Positions 9,485 through 18,862 of a DNA stretch of 64,000 bases are shown here, in pieces; the stretch's first letter is position 1, and each line of letters opens with the position of its first letter. The translations under genes were made by a program, and so were the position numbers. The stretch spans positions 2,417 to 66,416 of the forward strand of contig JAFQMD010000035.1 of NCBI GenBank assembly GCA_017396365.1, in the 5' to 3' direction. This stretch comes from Clostridia bacterium (lineage in GTDB: Bacteria > Bacillota > Clostridia > Christensenellales > Borkfalkiaceae). The notes below the pieces were generated by a model. That model had not been told where the DNA came from, did not search any database, and saw only the letters and a program-made list of their open reading frames with translations.

Positions 9485-9961
9485 ATGAAAAATATGAAAA
9501 AAAGGCTTTTAATAGGCGCAATAGTTCTTTCTATCGCGGTAGTAGTTTCGGCTGTCGTAGTGTTTATTCTCGCTATGGCTAACGTTTTACCTGCAAAGCC
9601 GTTCAAACTTTGCTTTGCCGTTTTAACTCTCGGTATAGGCGCGATTTTTGCAGTTTACGGCGCAGTCGTAAAGGGAGGATATGAAACGGCCGTAGGCTTT
9701 ATTTTACTTACGATAGGCGTAGTAATAGTTCTCGTAGGCGTTGTTGAGTGGTACGTAATTTTACTCATAGCGTGCGCAATGATCGTCGTTGGGCTTTTGA
9801 TTTTAATGCTTAGCAAAGCGGATAGCATGCAAATTACGACGACCGACCAAGATCCAAATTTCAAGCCGTATTCGGAAGTTTTAGAAGAGAAAAAAGAGCA
9901 GGATAAAATAAAGGAGTCCGAACCACTTCCTGAACTTAAAGATTACTCTAAAAAGGACTGA
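9485..9961 (+). CDS. Small integral membrane protein with charged C-terminal tail
   Basis: About four hydrophobic helices, then a K/E-rich tail. GGAGG RBS. Confidence 0.6.
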   Translation: MKNMKKRLLIGAIVLSIAVVVSAVVVFILAMANVLPAKPFKLCFAVLTLGIGAIFAVYGAVVKGGYETAVGFILLTIGVVIVLVGVVEWYVILLIACAMIVVGLLILMLSKADSMQITTTDQDPNFKPYSEVLEEKKEQDKIKESEPLPELKDYSKKD

Positions 9962-9965
9962 TAGA

Positions 9966-11408
9966 ATGCAAGAAAGAAATCTAACGCTACTGACAGACCT
10001 TTACGAACTTACGATGATGTACGGTTATTTTAAGTCGGGTAAAACCGACGAAATAGCCGTTTTCGACGTGTTTTTTAGGCGTAATAATCTCATAACTTAC
10101 TCACTTTTTGCAGGGCTTGAACAAGCGGTTGATTACGTATTAAACTTAAAGTTCGGAAAGGAAGAAATTGACTATTTGAGAGGATTAAACCTTTTTGGCG
10201 AAGACTTTTTGTCTTATCTTGCCAACTTGAAATTTTCGGGAGATATCTACGCCGTTCCCGAAGGTACGGTAGTTTTCCCGGGAGAGCCGATACTTACGGT
10301 AAAAGCGCCCGTTATGGAAGCGCAACTTATAGAAACCGCCTTACTTAATATATTAAATCACCAAACGCTCATTGCAAGTAAAGCCGCTAAAATTTGCGAC
10401 TCGGCAAAGGGCGACACGGTTATGGAATTCGGTCTTCGCAGAGCGCAAGGACCAGACGCAGGCATTTACGGAACGAGAGCGTCTATTATCGGCGGTTGTA
10501 ATTCGACTTCAAACGTTTTGGCAGGAAAAATGTTCGACGTTCCCGTTGCAGGAACGCACGCTCACAGTTGGGTTATGAATTTCCCGTCGGAATACGAAGC
10601 GTTTAAGGCTTACGCGGACGTTTATCCAAACGCAGTAATACTTTTAGTCGATACTTACGACACTTTAAATAGCGGTATTCCAAACGCTATAAAAGTCTTT
10701 GACGAAATGGTAAAAGAGGGCAAGCGTCCCGTTGGAATTAGAATTGACTCGGGCGACCTTGCTTACCTTACCAAAAAGGCAAGGCAAATGCTTGACGAGG
10801 CAGGCTACGACTACGTAAAAATTTGCGCGTCGGGAGATTTGGACGAAAGGTTAGTGCAAAGCCTTAAACTTCAAGGCGCAAAAATTGACACTTGGGGCAT
10901 AGGAACTAAACTTATAACTAGCGCGGATATGCCGTCGCTCGGTGGGGTTTATAAACTTGCAGGCATAGTTGAAAACGGAAAAATCGTACCGAAGATTAAA
11001 GTTTCGGACAATTCTGCAAAGATAACCAACCCCGGTTTTAAAACTTTTTATAGAATTTACGACAACGCGACGGGTAAGGCTGAGGCTGATTTGATTGCGC
11101 TTAAAGACGAAGAGTTTGATTTTTCAAAACCGCTCACCGTTTATCACCCGATTGAAAGGTGGAAAAAGACGACCTTTACCGATTACACGGTAAGGGAACT
11201 CCCCGTTTGCATAGTTGAAAACGGAAAACTCGTCGCTGATTTACCTAAGGTAAAAGATATAGCGGTGTATGCAAAAGGCGAAATGGAAAGTTTTTGGGAC
11301 GAGTATAAGCGTATAGACCAACCGCACATATACAAGGTTGACTTATCCGACGGTTTATACGAACTTAAAACGACTATGCTTGAAAAAATTAGAAAGGGCG
11401 AAAAATAG
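9966..11408 (+). CDS. pncB: Nicotinate phosphoribosyltransferase
   Basis: LLTDLYELTMMYGYF N-terminus, AGTHAHSWV motif, 480 aa. Confidence 0.9.
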   Translation: MQERNLTLLTDLYELTMMYGYFKSGKTDEIAVFDVFFRRNNLITYSLFAGLEQAVDYVLNLKFGKEEIDYLRGLNLFGEDFLSYLANLKFSGDIYAVPEGTVVFPGEPILTVKAPVMEAQLIETALLNILNHQTLIASKAAKICDSAKGDTVMEFGLRRAQGPDAGIYGTRASIIGGCNSTSNVLAGKMFDVPVAGTHAHSWVMNFPSEYEAFKAYADVYPNAVILLVDTYDTLNSGIPNAIKVFDEMVKEGKRPVGIRIDSGDLAYLTKKARQMLDEAGYDYVKICASGDLDERLVQSLKLQGAKIDTWGIGTKLITSADMPSLGGVYKLAGIVENGKIVPKIKVSDNSAKITNPGFKTFYRIYDNATGKAEADLIALKDEEFDFSKPLTVYHPIERWKKTTFTDYTVRELPVCIVENGKLVADLPKVKDIAVYAKGEMESFWDEYKRIDQPHIYKVDLSDGLYELKTTMLEKIRKGEK

Positions 11409-11488
11409 TCTTAAATTAAATTTTAGCCCGTTAATCGACTTATAAGGGCATATTTTGTATAGAACCGCAAGGTTCGTGGAGGTGTACC

Positions 11489-12037
11489 GTGTGGTACGTT
11501 GTAATATTTATAGCCGTGCTTTTGGTTGACCAAGTAACCAAAATTTTGTGCGCGTATTTTGCAGGTGGCGTTGAGGGAACTACCGTTTTAAAGATAATAG
11601 ACGGATTTTTAGAAATCACTTACGTTGAGAATACCGACGGAATGATGGGGCTTTTCGACAACTTAAAAGGCAGAGAATTTATATTTTTAATAACTACGAG
11701 TTTAATACTTATCGGGCTTTTCCTTTATCTCGGTTTATCCAAAAAAAGGAGCAAATGGAGAAACGTTACTCTTTCGCTTGTATTTTCGGGAGCGTTCGGA
11801 AACTTTATCGATAGGATAATAAACTTTAAGCAAGGCGCGTACGTTCGCGATATGATTCACACTATAATCAGTTTTGGCGGACAGGAATTTTTCCCGTTTA
11901 TTTTCAACGTTGCGGATATGGCGCTCGTTATCGGCGCTATAATGCTCGTCGTTGACCTTTTATTTTTAGATAAAGACGCTATTTTTAAATCTAAGAAAAA
12001 TAAAGAGATTTTGTCAGGCGAAGGGGAAACGAAATAA
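11489..12037 (+). CDS. lspA: Lipoprotein signal peptidase II
   Basis: GAFGNFIDR and FNVADMALVIGA motifs. GTG start. Confidence 0.85.
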   Translation: MWYVVIFIAVLLVDQVTKILCAYFAGGVEGTTVLKIIDGFLEITYVENTDGMMGLFDNLKGREFIFLITTSLILIGLFLYLGLSKKRSKWRNVTLSLVFSGAFGNFIDRIINFKQGAYVRDMIHTIISFGGQEFFPFIFNVADMALVIGAIMLVVDLLFLDKDAIFKSKKNKEILSGEGETK

Positions 12038-12934
12038 ATGGAAATTTTAAAGTTCTCGGCGGAAAAAAGCGTTAGACTTGACGTTTTTCTTACTGAAAAG
12101 ACTGATAAAACGCGTTCTGCAATAAAAAAACTTACCGACGACGGAAAGATTTTAATAAACGGAAAACCAGCCTTAAAAGCGGGCGTAAACTTAAAGGTAG
12201 GCGACGAAATAACCGTTGAAATTCCCGACGCCGTTAAACTTTCTACCGAGGCGGAAAATATCCCTATCGATATAATTTATCAAGATAAAGACATTGCCGT
12301 TATAAATAAACCGCAAGGGCTTACCGTTCATACGGGAAACGGCGTTCACGGCTCAACGCTTGTAAACGCGCTACTTTATCATTTGGATAGTTTAAGCGGT
12401 ATAAACGGGGTGTTGCGACCGGGTATCGTCCATAGAATTGACAAGGATACTTCGGGGCTTTTGGTAGTTGCAAAAAACGACAAAGCACACCTTTCTTTGT
12501 CAAAGCAAATCAAGGATAAAACTTGCGGAAGAATCTATCTTGCTCTCGTTGACGGAAAAATGAAAAGCGACGGCGGAACGGTTGACACTTTTATCGGAAG
12601 AAGTCAAAAAAACCGAACTATGATGGCGGTTACGAGCGACGGTAGGCGCGCTATTACGCACTATGAAGTGGTAAAAAGATATTCTGCGTACACTCTCTGC
12701 AGGTTTAAACTTGAAACGGGAAGAACTCATCAAATAAGGGTACATTGTAAGCATTTAGGACACCCTATAGTTGGAGACCCCGTTTATAATAATAAAAAAG
12801 ACAAATTTGGTCTAAAAGGGCAACTTTTACACGCAACAAAACTTGAACTTACGCACCCAACCACGGGGGAAAGAATGAGTTTTGAAGCCCCACTTCCAGA
12901 TTATTTTGAAAACGTATTAAAAATTTTAAAATGA
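12038..12934 (+). CDS. rluD: RluA-family 23S rRNA pseudouridine synthase
   Basis: S4 domain at the N-terminus, HRIDKDTSGLL catalytic motif, TGRTHQIRVH. Confidence 0.9.
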   Translation: MEILKFSAEKSVRLDVFLTEKTDKTRSAIKKLTDDGKILINGKPALKAGVNLKVGDEITVEIPDAVKLSTEAENIPIDIIYQDKDIAVINKPQGLTVHTGNGVHGSTLVNALLYHLDSLSGINGVLRPGIVHRIDKDTSGLLVVAKNDKAHLSLSKQIKDKTCGRIYLALVDGKMKSDGGTVDTFIGRSQKNRTMMAVTSDGRRAITHYEVVKRYSAYTLCRFKLETGRTHQIRVHCKHLGHPIVGDPVYNNKKDKFGLKGQLLHATKLELTHPTTGERMSFEAPLPDYFENVLKILK

Positions 12935-12936
12935 TT

Positions 12937-12964
12937 AGCCGAGATTTTTCTCGGCTTTTTATTT
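12937..12964 (+). terminator. Rho-independent terminator
   Basis: AGCCGAGA-tttt-TCTCGGCT followed by a T-run. Confidence 0.8.
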
Positions 12965-13015
12965 ACAAAAAATTTAAAAACATGCTTTAAAACAGTAGAA
13001 AAAATCAAGGGAATT

Positions 13016-13024
13016 TGATATAAT
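13016..13024 (+). promoter_or_regulatory. Extended -10 promoter element
   Basis: TGATATAAT about 55 nt upstream of the DUF4116 gene. The -35 is weak. Confidence 0.45.
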
Positions 13025-13077
13025 AATAGATAACATAAAATTTCGCAACTATTAAGCGATTTTTGGAAAAGGACGAG

Positions 13078-14454
13078 ATGGAAAATTACAGCGTAAGACA
13101 ACTTTCGGTCATAGTTGAAAATTACCCAAACGACGAGACTATGCAAAAAGACAGAGAGATTACTTTGGCGGTAGCCAAACGCAGTCCCTCGGTTTTGTCG
13201 TACGCCGATCCTTGCTTTTTGTCCGATAGAGAAATTGCGTTAGAGGCGGTTAAGTCCGACGGGCGCGCGCTTAGATTTTTTAGCGAAAATATAAGAGAAG
13301 ATGAGGAAGTTGCCCTTCTTGCCGTTCAAAATTTTTGCAACAGTTTTGCTTTTGTCGTTGGCAAAGCGCGAAAAAGTCGCCAAGTTGCCGAAGCCGTTGC
13401 AAAAAGGGGTAGCGACGTGATAGAACTTTTAGACGAACGGTTTTTAGACGACGAAGAAATTGCGCTTTTGGCAATTTCGAGAAATCCAAAGTCGCTCAAA
13501 TATTTTTCCGAAAGGGTGAGAGCGCAAGAAAAAGTCGTTTTGACGGCTCTATCAAAAGATAGAACTACCATTGAAATGGTTTCCGACGAGGCGTTTTCAA
13601 ACAAAAAGGTATTTGAAAAGGCGGTTGGTGTCGGTTACGACGGTAAAATTAGAGTTTCAAATTTAACTAATAATTCTCCGCAAGGCGTTTTTGACGAGAT
13701 TGAAAAAAGAGAACTTTCGTTCAACCTTGCAATGCAAAACCTTGATCTTTTGCAAATCGACGAGCAAAAACTTAAGGTTTGCTTAGAGTTCGGCGTAGGC
13801 GTAATAAACAAAAAGAACGAACTTTTAAAAAGGTGTATTTTAAGCGATAATATATCGCTCGTTTCACTCATAGTCAAAAGGGGCAGTTTTACTTCAAAAA
13901 CGATATCAGACAGTATAAAATTCGCCTCGCAAAACAGAAAGGTAAGGGTTTTGCCCGTCCTTTTAAAACTTACGGGTGGGCTTGGTGAAAACGCCGACAA
14001 CGGCAGAAGCGACAGAATGTATTTAATGCGTTCGTTAAGGCGTAAATCCCCAACGGCGATAGTTAGGTTTAAAGAAAATATTAAAGATTATCTTTTAGAT
14101 AAAGAAATTATGCTTTTAGCGGCTTGGGCTGACGGAAGTATTATAAAGTTGCTAACTAACACCGACTACGTTTTAGACGAGAAGTTCGTTACAGAATGTT
14201 TAAAAAGTTACGTAGTTAAAATAAGCGACGGCGCAATTTTAGACGGGCTCAATTTGAATTTGACTTACGAGCAAGCCGAAATCGCTTGTAAAAAAGACGG
14301 TAGAAATTATTTCTATTTAAAAGAAGAATATAAAAAGGATTGCCACTTTGCCAAACTTGCCGTAAGTTCTTGCGAATACGTGTACGACAGCCTTCCCGAA
14401 GAATTTAAGCAAATGCCTGAAATAATAAAGGAGAAAAGGCTATGGATAAGATGA
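13078..14454 (+). CDS. DUF4116-repeat protein
   Basis: At least nine repeats of about 24-25 aa of the form D(R/E)E(I/V)AL.AV...G.AL.(F/Y). Examples are DREIALEAVKSDGRALRFF and DEEIALLAISRNPKSLKYF. I prefer the ATG at 13078 to the TTG at 13063. Confidence 0.7.
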   Translation: MENYSVRQLSVIVENYPNDETMQKDREITLAVAKRSPSVLSYADPCFLSDREIALEAVKSDGRALRFFSENIREDEEVALLAVQNFCNSFAFVVGKARKSRQVAEAVAKRGSDVIELLDERFLDDEEIALLAISRNPKSLKYFSERVRAQEKVVLTALSKDRTTIEMVSDEAFSNKKVFEKAVGVGYDGKIRVSNLTNNSPQGVFDEIEKRELSFNLAMQNLDLLQIDEQKLKVCLEFGVGVINKKNELLKRCILSDNISLVSLIVKRGSFTSKTISDSIKFASQNRKVRVLPVLLKLTGGLGENADNGRSDRMYLMRSLRRKSPTAIVRFKENIKDYLLDKEIMLLAAWADGSIIKLLTNTDYVLDEKFVTECLKSYVVKISDGAILDGLNLNLTYEQAEIACKKDGRNYFYLKEEYKKDCHFAKLAVSSCEYVYDSLPEEFKQMPEIIKEKRLWIR

Positions 14455-15737
14455 TTGAACTTGCAAACGAAATTTTATCCACGGCAATTTTGAATTTAAG
14501 TGGAGAGTTTACCTATTTTGCATACCCCATAGGGCTTATGAATTTTCAAATTGCGGACGGGGCAGAAAGAGTCGTTACAAATGGGAAAACGGCGTATATA
14601 GACAAAAACTACGCTGTGGAAACGACTGCCGAAAAGGGCGTAGTAGGCGTTTATACGGCTATTTTACACGCGACGCTACATTGCTTATTTACTCATCCTT
14701 TTTCGTATGTTGAAAATCAAAAAGAGTACGATTTATCAACGGACATAGTGGTTGGGTATATAACTGACGGGCTTGGCTATCCCTTTGGGGATAAGACAAG
14801 TCAAAACAAACGAAAAGCCGTCTATAAGTCGATTATTGACGCTTACGGCGGTGTAAGTGACGCAAACGCAAGCAAATTTTGCAAAACTTTGCAACTTGAT
14901 GAGATAGAGAGTTTATCGAAGTTTTTTACCGTGTGCGACCACGGGGCGTGGGCTGGTAGGCGTCAAGAGTACTGCAGGGAAGAAAACGGCGAAGATACTC
15001 CGATTTCGATTTCATTTTCATTAGGCGAAGAAGAGAAAGTTGAAGATTTGCTTTCCGCTTGGAAAACTTTATCGCAAACGCTAATTCCGCAAATTGGAAA
15101 ACTAAACCCCGAACTTAAAAGGGCGCTATCGCTAAAAGTTTGTCCAAAAACTAATTATAAAAGTTTTTTAAGGTCGTTTTTAAGGCGAAAGGAAAGGGTT
15201 TTACAAAACGACGAAGAATTTGATTATATTGCATATTATTACGGGCTTAGAGAGTATGGAAATATGCCGCTTATAGAAGGGCTTGAAACTAGCGACGATA
15301 GAGATTATTCTGAAATTGCTTTCGCCGTGGATACGTCTGGCAGTACGGACGGCGAGCCTATAAAAAAACTGCTTGAAGAAGTTTTTTCTATGTTAAAGAG
15401 CATGGAAACTGGGCTTAAAAAATACGCCGTAAGAATTATTCAATGCGATTTAAAAATTCAAAGAGAAGATTTGATAAAAAGTTCTGACGAATTTTCAAAA
15501 ATGCTTGAAAATTATCAACTTTTAGGTGGTGGCGGAACTGATTTTAATCCCGTATTTAAACGCCTTACCGAATTAAAGAAAAAGGGAGTAAAAATCGAAG
15601 GTTTAATCTACTTTACCGACGGCGTGGGCGTGTATCCTAGCGAGATTCCCCCGTTTAAAACTTGTTTTGCTATACTTGGAAATGAAAATGACGTCCAAGT
15701 TCCACACTTTGCTTACAAAATCAATATAGAGGTTTAA
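14442..15737 (+). CDS. DUF2201-type protein: degenerate metallopeptidase-like N-domain plus VWA domain
   Basis: The N-domain has LHATLHCLFTH where the family carries HExxH. The C-domain has a MIDAS motif, DTSGS. It overlaps the upstream gene by 13 nt. Confidence 0.7.
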   Translation: MDKMIELANEILSTAILNLSGEFTYFAYPIGLMNFQIADGAERVVTNGKTAYIDKNYAVETTAEKGVVGVYTAILHATLHCLFTHPFSYVENQKEYDLSTDIVVGYITDGLGYPFGDKTSQNKRKAVYKSIIDAYGGVSDANASKFCKTLQLDEIESLSKFFTVCDHGAWAGRRQEYCREENGEDTPISISFSLGEEEKVEDLLSAWKTLSQTLIPQIGKLNPELKRALSLKVCPKTNYKSFLRSFLRRKERVLQNDEEFDYIAYYYGLREYGNMPLIEGLETSDDRDYSEIAFAVDTSGSTDGEPIKKLLEEVFSMLKSMETGLKKYAVRIIQCDLKIQREDLIKSSDEFSKMLENYQLLGGGGTDFNPVFKRLTELKKKGVKIEGLIYFTDGVGVYPSEIPPFKTCFAILGNENDVQVPHFAYKINIEV

Positions 15738-15738
15738 T

Positions 15739-17154
15739 ATGAATATTTTAGAAGCCAAAAACGAAATAAAATCAGCCGTTAAAATTTATCTTGAAAAGGA
15801 CGAAAACGGCGACTATATCATTCCAGAAGAAAGACAACGTCCCGTATTTTTGATAGGCGCGCCCGGTATCGGTAAAACTGCTATTATGAGCAAAATTGCC
15901 GACGAACTCGGTATAGGATATATAGGTTATACGATAACTCATCACACTCGTCAGTCGGCGATAGGACTCCCGTATATTACCCAAAAGGAATACGGTGGAA
16001 AGAGTTATTCGGTAACCGAATATACTATGAGCGAAATAGTTGCGTCCGTTTACGACGCCATTGAAAAGCAAGGCAAAAAAGAAGGAATTTTGTTTATCGA
16101 CGAAATAAACTGCGTTTCCGAAACGTTAGCGCCTGCAATGCTCGAACTTCTGCAAAGAAAGAGATTTGGCCCGCATAAAATTCCCGACGGGTGGATATTG
16201 ACCGCCGCGGGTAACCCCGAAGAGTACAATAAGTCGGTAAACGAACTCGATATGGTAACGCTCGACCGTGTAAAAAAGATTGTCGTAGAACCCGATTACG
16301 ACGCGTTTAAAGTCTATGCGTACAATAGCGGATTACACGATTCTATAATATCTTTTTTATCTCTTCACAACGAGTTTTTGTTTAAAGTTGAAAGGTCTGA
16401 AAACGGTCTTTATTTCGTAACGCCGAGAGGTTGGGAAGACTTATCTACGGCAATAAAAGAGTACGAAAGGCTTGGAATTAAGGTTACCGAGCAATTCGTT
16501 TCGCAATACGTTCAATATCCGCAAGCGTCGTCCGAGTATATGAGATTTTACAAAATTTACACTCGTTTTGAAGAACTTAAAAGCGGTGAAAAAATTGAAA
16601 ACGGAGAGGTCGAAAGCACCGATTTGACGGGTGATAATTTTGAAGTTAGATACGCGCTTTCTGAAATTTTAAGGGCAAAGGCTATAAAACTTTCTGAAAA
16701 AGCCGAGTCTAAAATTCAGGCTTTAGAATACGTTGAAAGCGTTTTGAAAAAGGCTGAAAAAGACGGGCAAATTCTCATTACTGAAACGGAAAGTTTGATT
16801 AAAAATCTTCACGGAAACAAACTTAGTAGATATCAAAAGATTGCCTATAAGCCGATTATCGACGTTTTTCAAAGCCAAAATCCGCAGCGAGAAGGCGAGA
16901 AGTTTAAAGAGCAATGCTTAAATTACTGTAAGGATAAAATGGGACAGATTGCAAACGTCTTGCGCTTTGCTGAAAATTCTTTGTCAAAAGGTCAAGAGTT
17001 TGCGTCGCTTACCGCAGGTATGATTGCAAACGAAAGTTTTATAACCCTTATAACCAAAAACGGATGGGAAGAAATTTTTCATTATTTTGACGGGCTTACG
17101 GATAGCCAAACTGACAAACTTAAAGAAAAGGCAAGCAGGCTTTTAAAAGGTTGA
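15739..17154 (+). CDS. MoxR-like AAA+ ATPase with long C-terminal helical extension
   Basis: Walker A GAPGIGKT, Walker B ILFIDEIN, sensor LTAAGNPEEY. About 170 extra C-terminal residues. Confidence 0.8.
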   Translation: MNILEAKNEIKSAVKIYLEKDENGDYIIPEERQRPVFLIGAPGIGKTAIMSKIADELGIGYIGYTITHHTRQSAIGLPYITQKEYGGKSYSVTEYTMSEIVASVYDAIEKQGKKEGILFIDEINCVSETLAPAMLELLQRKRFGPHKIPDGWILTAAGNPEEYNKSVNELDMVTLDRVKKIVVEPDYDAFKVYAYNSGLHDSIISFLSLHNEFLFKVERSENGLYFVTPRGWEDLSTAIKEYERLGIKVTEQFVSQYVQYPQASSEYMRFYKIYTRFEELKSGEKIENGEVESTDLTGDNFEVRYALSEILRAKAIKLSEKAESKIQALEYVESVLKKAEKDGQILITETESLIKNLHGNKLSRYQKIAYKPIIDVFQSQNPQREGEKFKEQCLNYCKDKMGQIANVLRFAENSLSKGQEFASLTAGMIANESFITLITKNGWEEIFHYFDGLTDSQTDKLKEKASRLLKG

Positions 17155-17155
17155 T

Positions 17156-18862
17156 ATGAAGATATTTAAATATTTCTCAAGATATAAAGCGGGGTGTGTT
17201 CTCGCTCCGCTTTTTAAACTTGTCGAAGCCTTGCTCGAACTTTTTATTCCTATAATCGTTGCTAAAATAATAGACGACGGCGTTGTCGGCGGTAACGGAC
17301 AAGCCATAACTTACGGCGTTTTAATAATGGTTGCGCTCGGAGTGTTAGGGCTAGGGTTTTCTATCGCAGGACAATATTTTTCGGCAAAGACGGCGGTTTC
17401 GTATTCGTCCGATTTAAGAGAGTCGATATACAAAAAACTAATGGGACTGTCCCTTTTACAGACTGAAAAACTCGGTACGGCAAAGATGATAACGACTATG
17501 ACGAGCGACGTTCAAAAAGTCCAAAGCGGTGTAAATTTGGCGCTTAGGCTTTTGCTTAGGTCTCCGTTCGTCGTGCTCGGCGCGTTTATTGCGGCGCTTA
17601 TTATTAACGTAGAAATCGCAATTATATTCGCCACTATAATAATCGTGCTTTCGATTGTCGTAGTTTTGATTATGAAAATTACTATGCCAAAATTTTCTTC
17701 GGCGCAAAGAACGCTTGACGAGGTGTCTTTAGTCGCCCGTGAAAATTTGACGGGAACAAGAGTTATTAGGGCGTTTGGCGTTGAAAATAAAGAAAAAGAC
17801 GACTATTTAAAAAAGATTAGCGCCTTAGAAAAAATGCAAAACAACGCGGGTAAAATTTCCGCGCTTTTAAACCCTTTGACCTTTTGCGTGATAAACCTTG
17901 GAATAATCGCCCTTTTGTATTTTGGCGGTGTAAAAGTTGAAGTCGGCGCGCTAACTTGTGGGGCGGTAATCGCCTTATACGACTACATGTCGCAAATTTT
18001 AGTCGAACTTATTAAGTTTGCAAACTTAGTAGTTAGCATTTCAAAAGCGCTTTCGTCAGGCAAGAGAATAGATGAAATTTTATCGATTGAAGAAGAAAAA
18101 ATCGACGCAAAAAAAGACGTAAAAAACAGTGCTTTTATTGAATTTAAATCTGTAAGCGCTTCTTACGGTGGCGGAGAAGTCTTATCTAATATAGATATAA
18201 AGATTGAAAAAGGGCAAACGGTTGGAATAATCGGCGGAACGGGTAGTGGTAAAAGCACGCTAATAAATTTAATCGGCGGACTTTATACCCCGAAAGACGG
18301 CGCAATTTATATAGACGGAAAAGACGTATCTTCTATGACTGACGGAGATAGAAAAAGTTACGTTTCAATCGCGTTGCAAAAGCCCGTTCTATTTAAAGGA
18401 ACGATAAAGAGTAATTTGTTATCTGCAAACCCAAACGCAACCGAAAGCGATATGAAAAGGGCTATTGAAATTGCGCAGGCGGTTGACGTTGTAAAGGGTA
18501 AAGAAAACGCCTTAAATTCGGTAGTGGAACAAGGCGGTAGGAATTTTTCGGGTGGTCAAAGACAAAGGTTGTCCCTTGCAAGAGCAATAGTTTGCAATTC
18601 GCAAATTTTAATTTTAGACGATTCGTCGTCGGCGCTTGACTATATAACCGATTTAAATTTAAGGCGCGCTATAAAAAATCAAGGCGAAAATCAAACTGTT
18701 ATAATAGTATCTCAGCGAACGGCGTCTTTAAAGGACGCGGATAAAATTATAGTTCTCGACGACGGTAAAATCGTCGGCGAAGGAACGCACCAAACTCTTT
18801 ATGAAACTTGCGAAGTGTATAGAGAAATTGAAGATTCGCAAAAGATGGAGGACGGAGAATGA
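17156..18862 (+). CDS. ABC exporter half-transporter (TMD-NBD), degenerate-site subunit
   Basis: Walker A GGTGSGKST, signature FSGGQRQR. Walker B ILILDD is followed by S instead of the catalytic E. Confidence 0.9.
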   Translation: MKIFKYFSRYKAGCVLAPLFKLVEALLELFIPIIVAKIIDDGVVGGNGQAITYGVLIMVALGVLGLGFSIAGQYFSAKTAVSYSSDLRESIYKKLMGLSLLQTEKLGTAKMITTMTSDVQKVQSGVNLALRLLLRSPFVVLGAFIAALIINVEIAIIFATIIIVLSIVVVLIMKITMPKFSSAQRTLDEVSLVARENLTGTRVIRAFGVENKEKDDYLKKISALEKMQNNAGKISALLNPLTFCVINLGIIALLYFGGVKVEVGALTCGAVIALYDYMSQILVELIKFANLVVSISKALSSGKRIDEILSIEEEKIDAKKDVKNSAFIEFKSVSASYGGGEVLSNIDIKIEKGQTVGIIGGTGSGKSTLINLIGGLYTPKDGAIYIDGKDVSSMTDGDRKSYVSIALQKPVLFKGTIKSNLLSANPNATESDMKRAIEIAQAVDVVKGKENALNSVVEQGGRNFSGGQRQRLSLARAIVCNSQILILDDSSSALDYITDLNLRRAIKNQGENQTVIIVSQRTASLKDADKIIVLDDGKIVGEGTHQTLYETCEVYREIEDSQKMEDGE

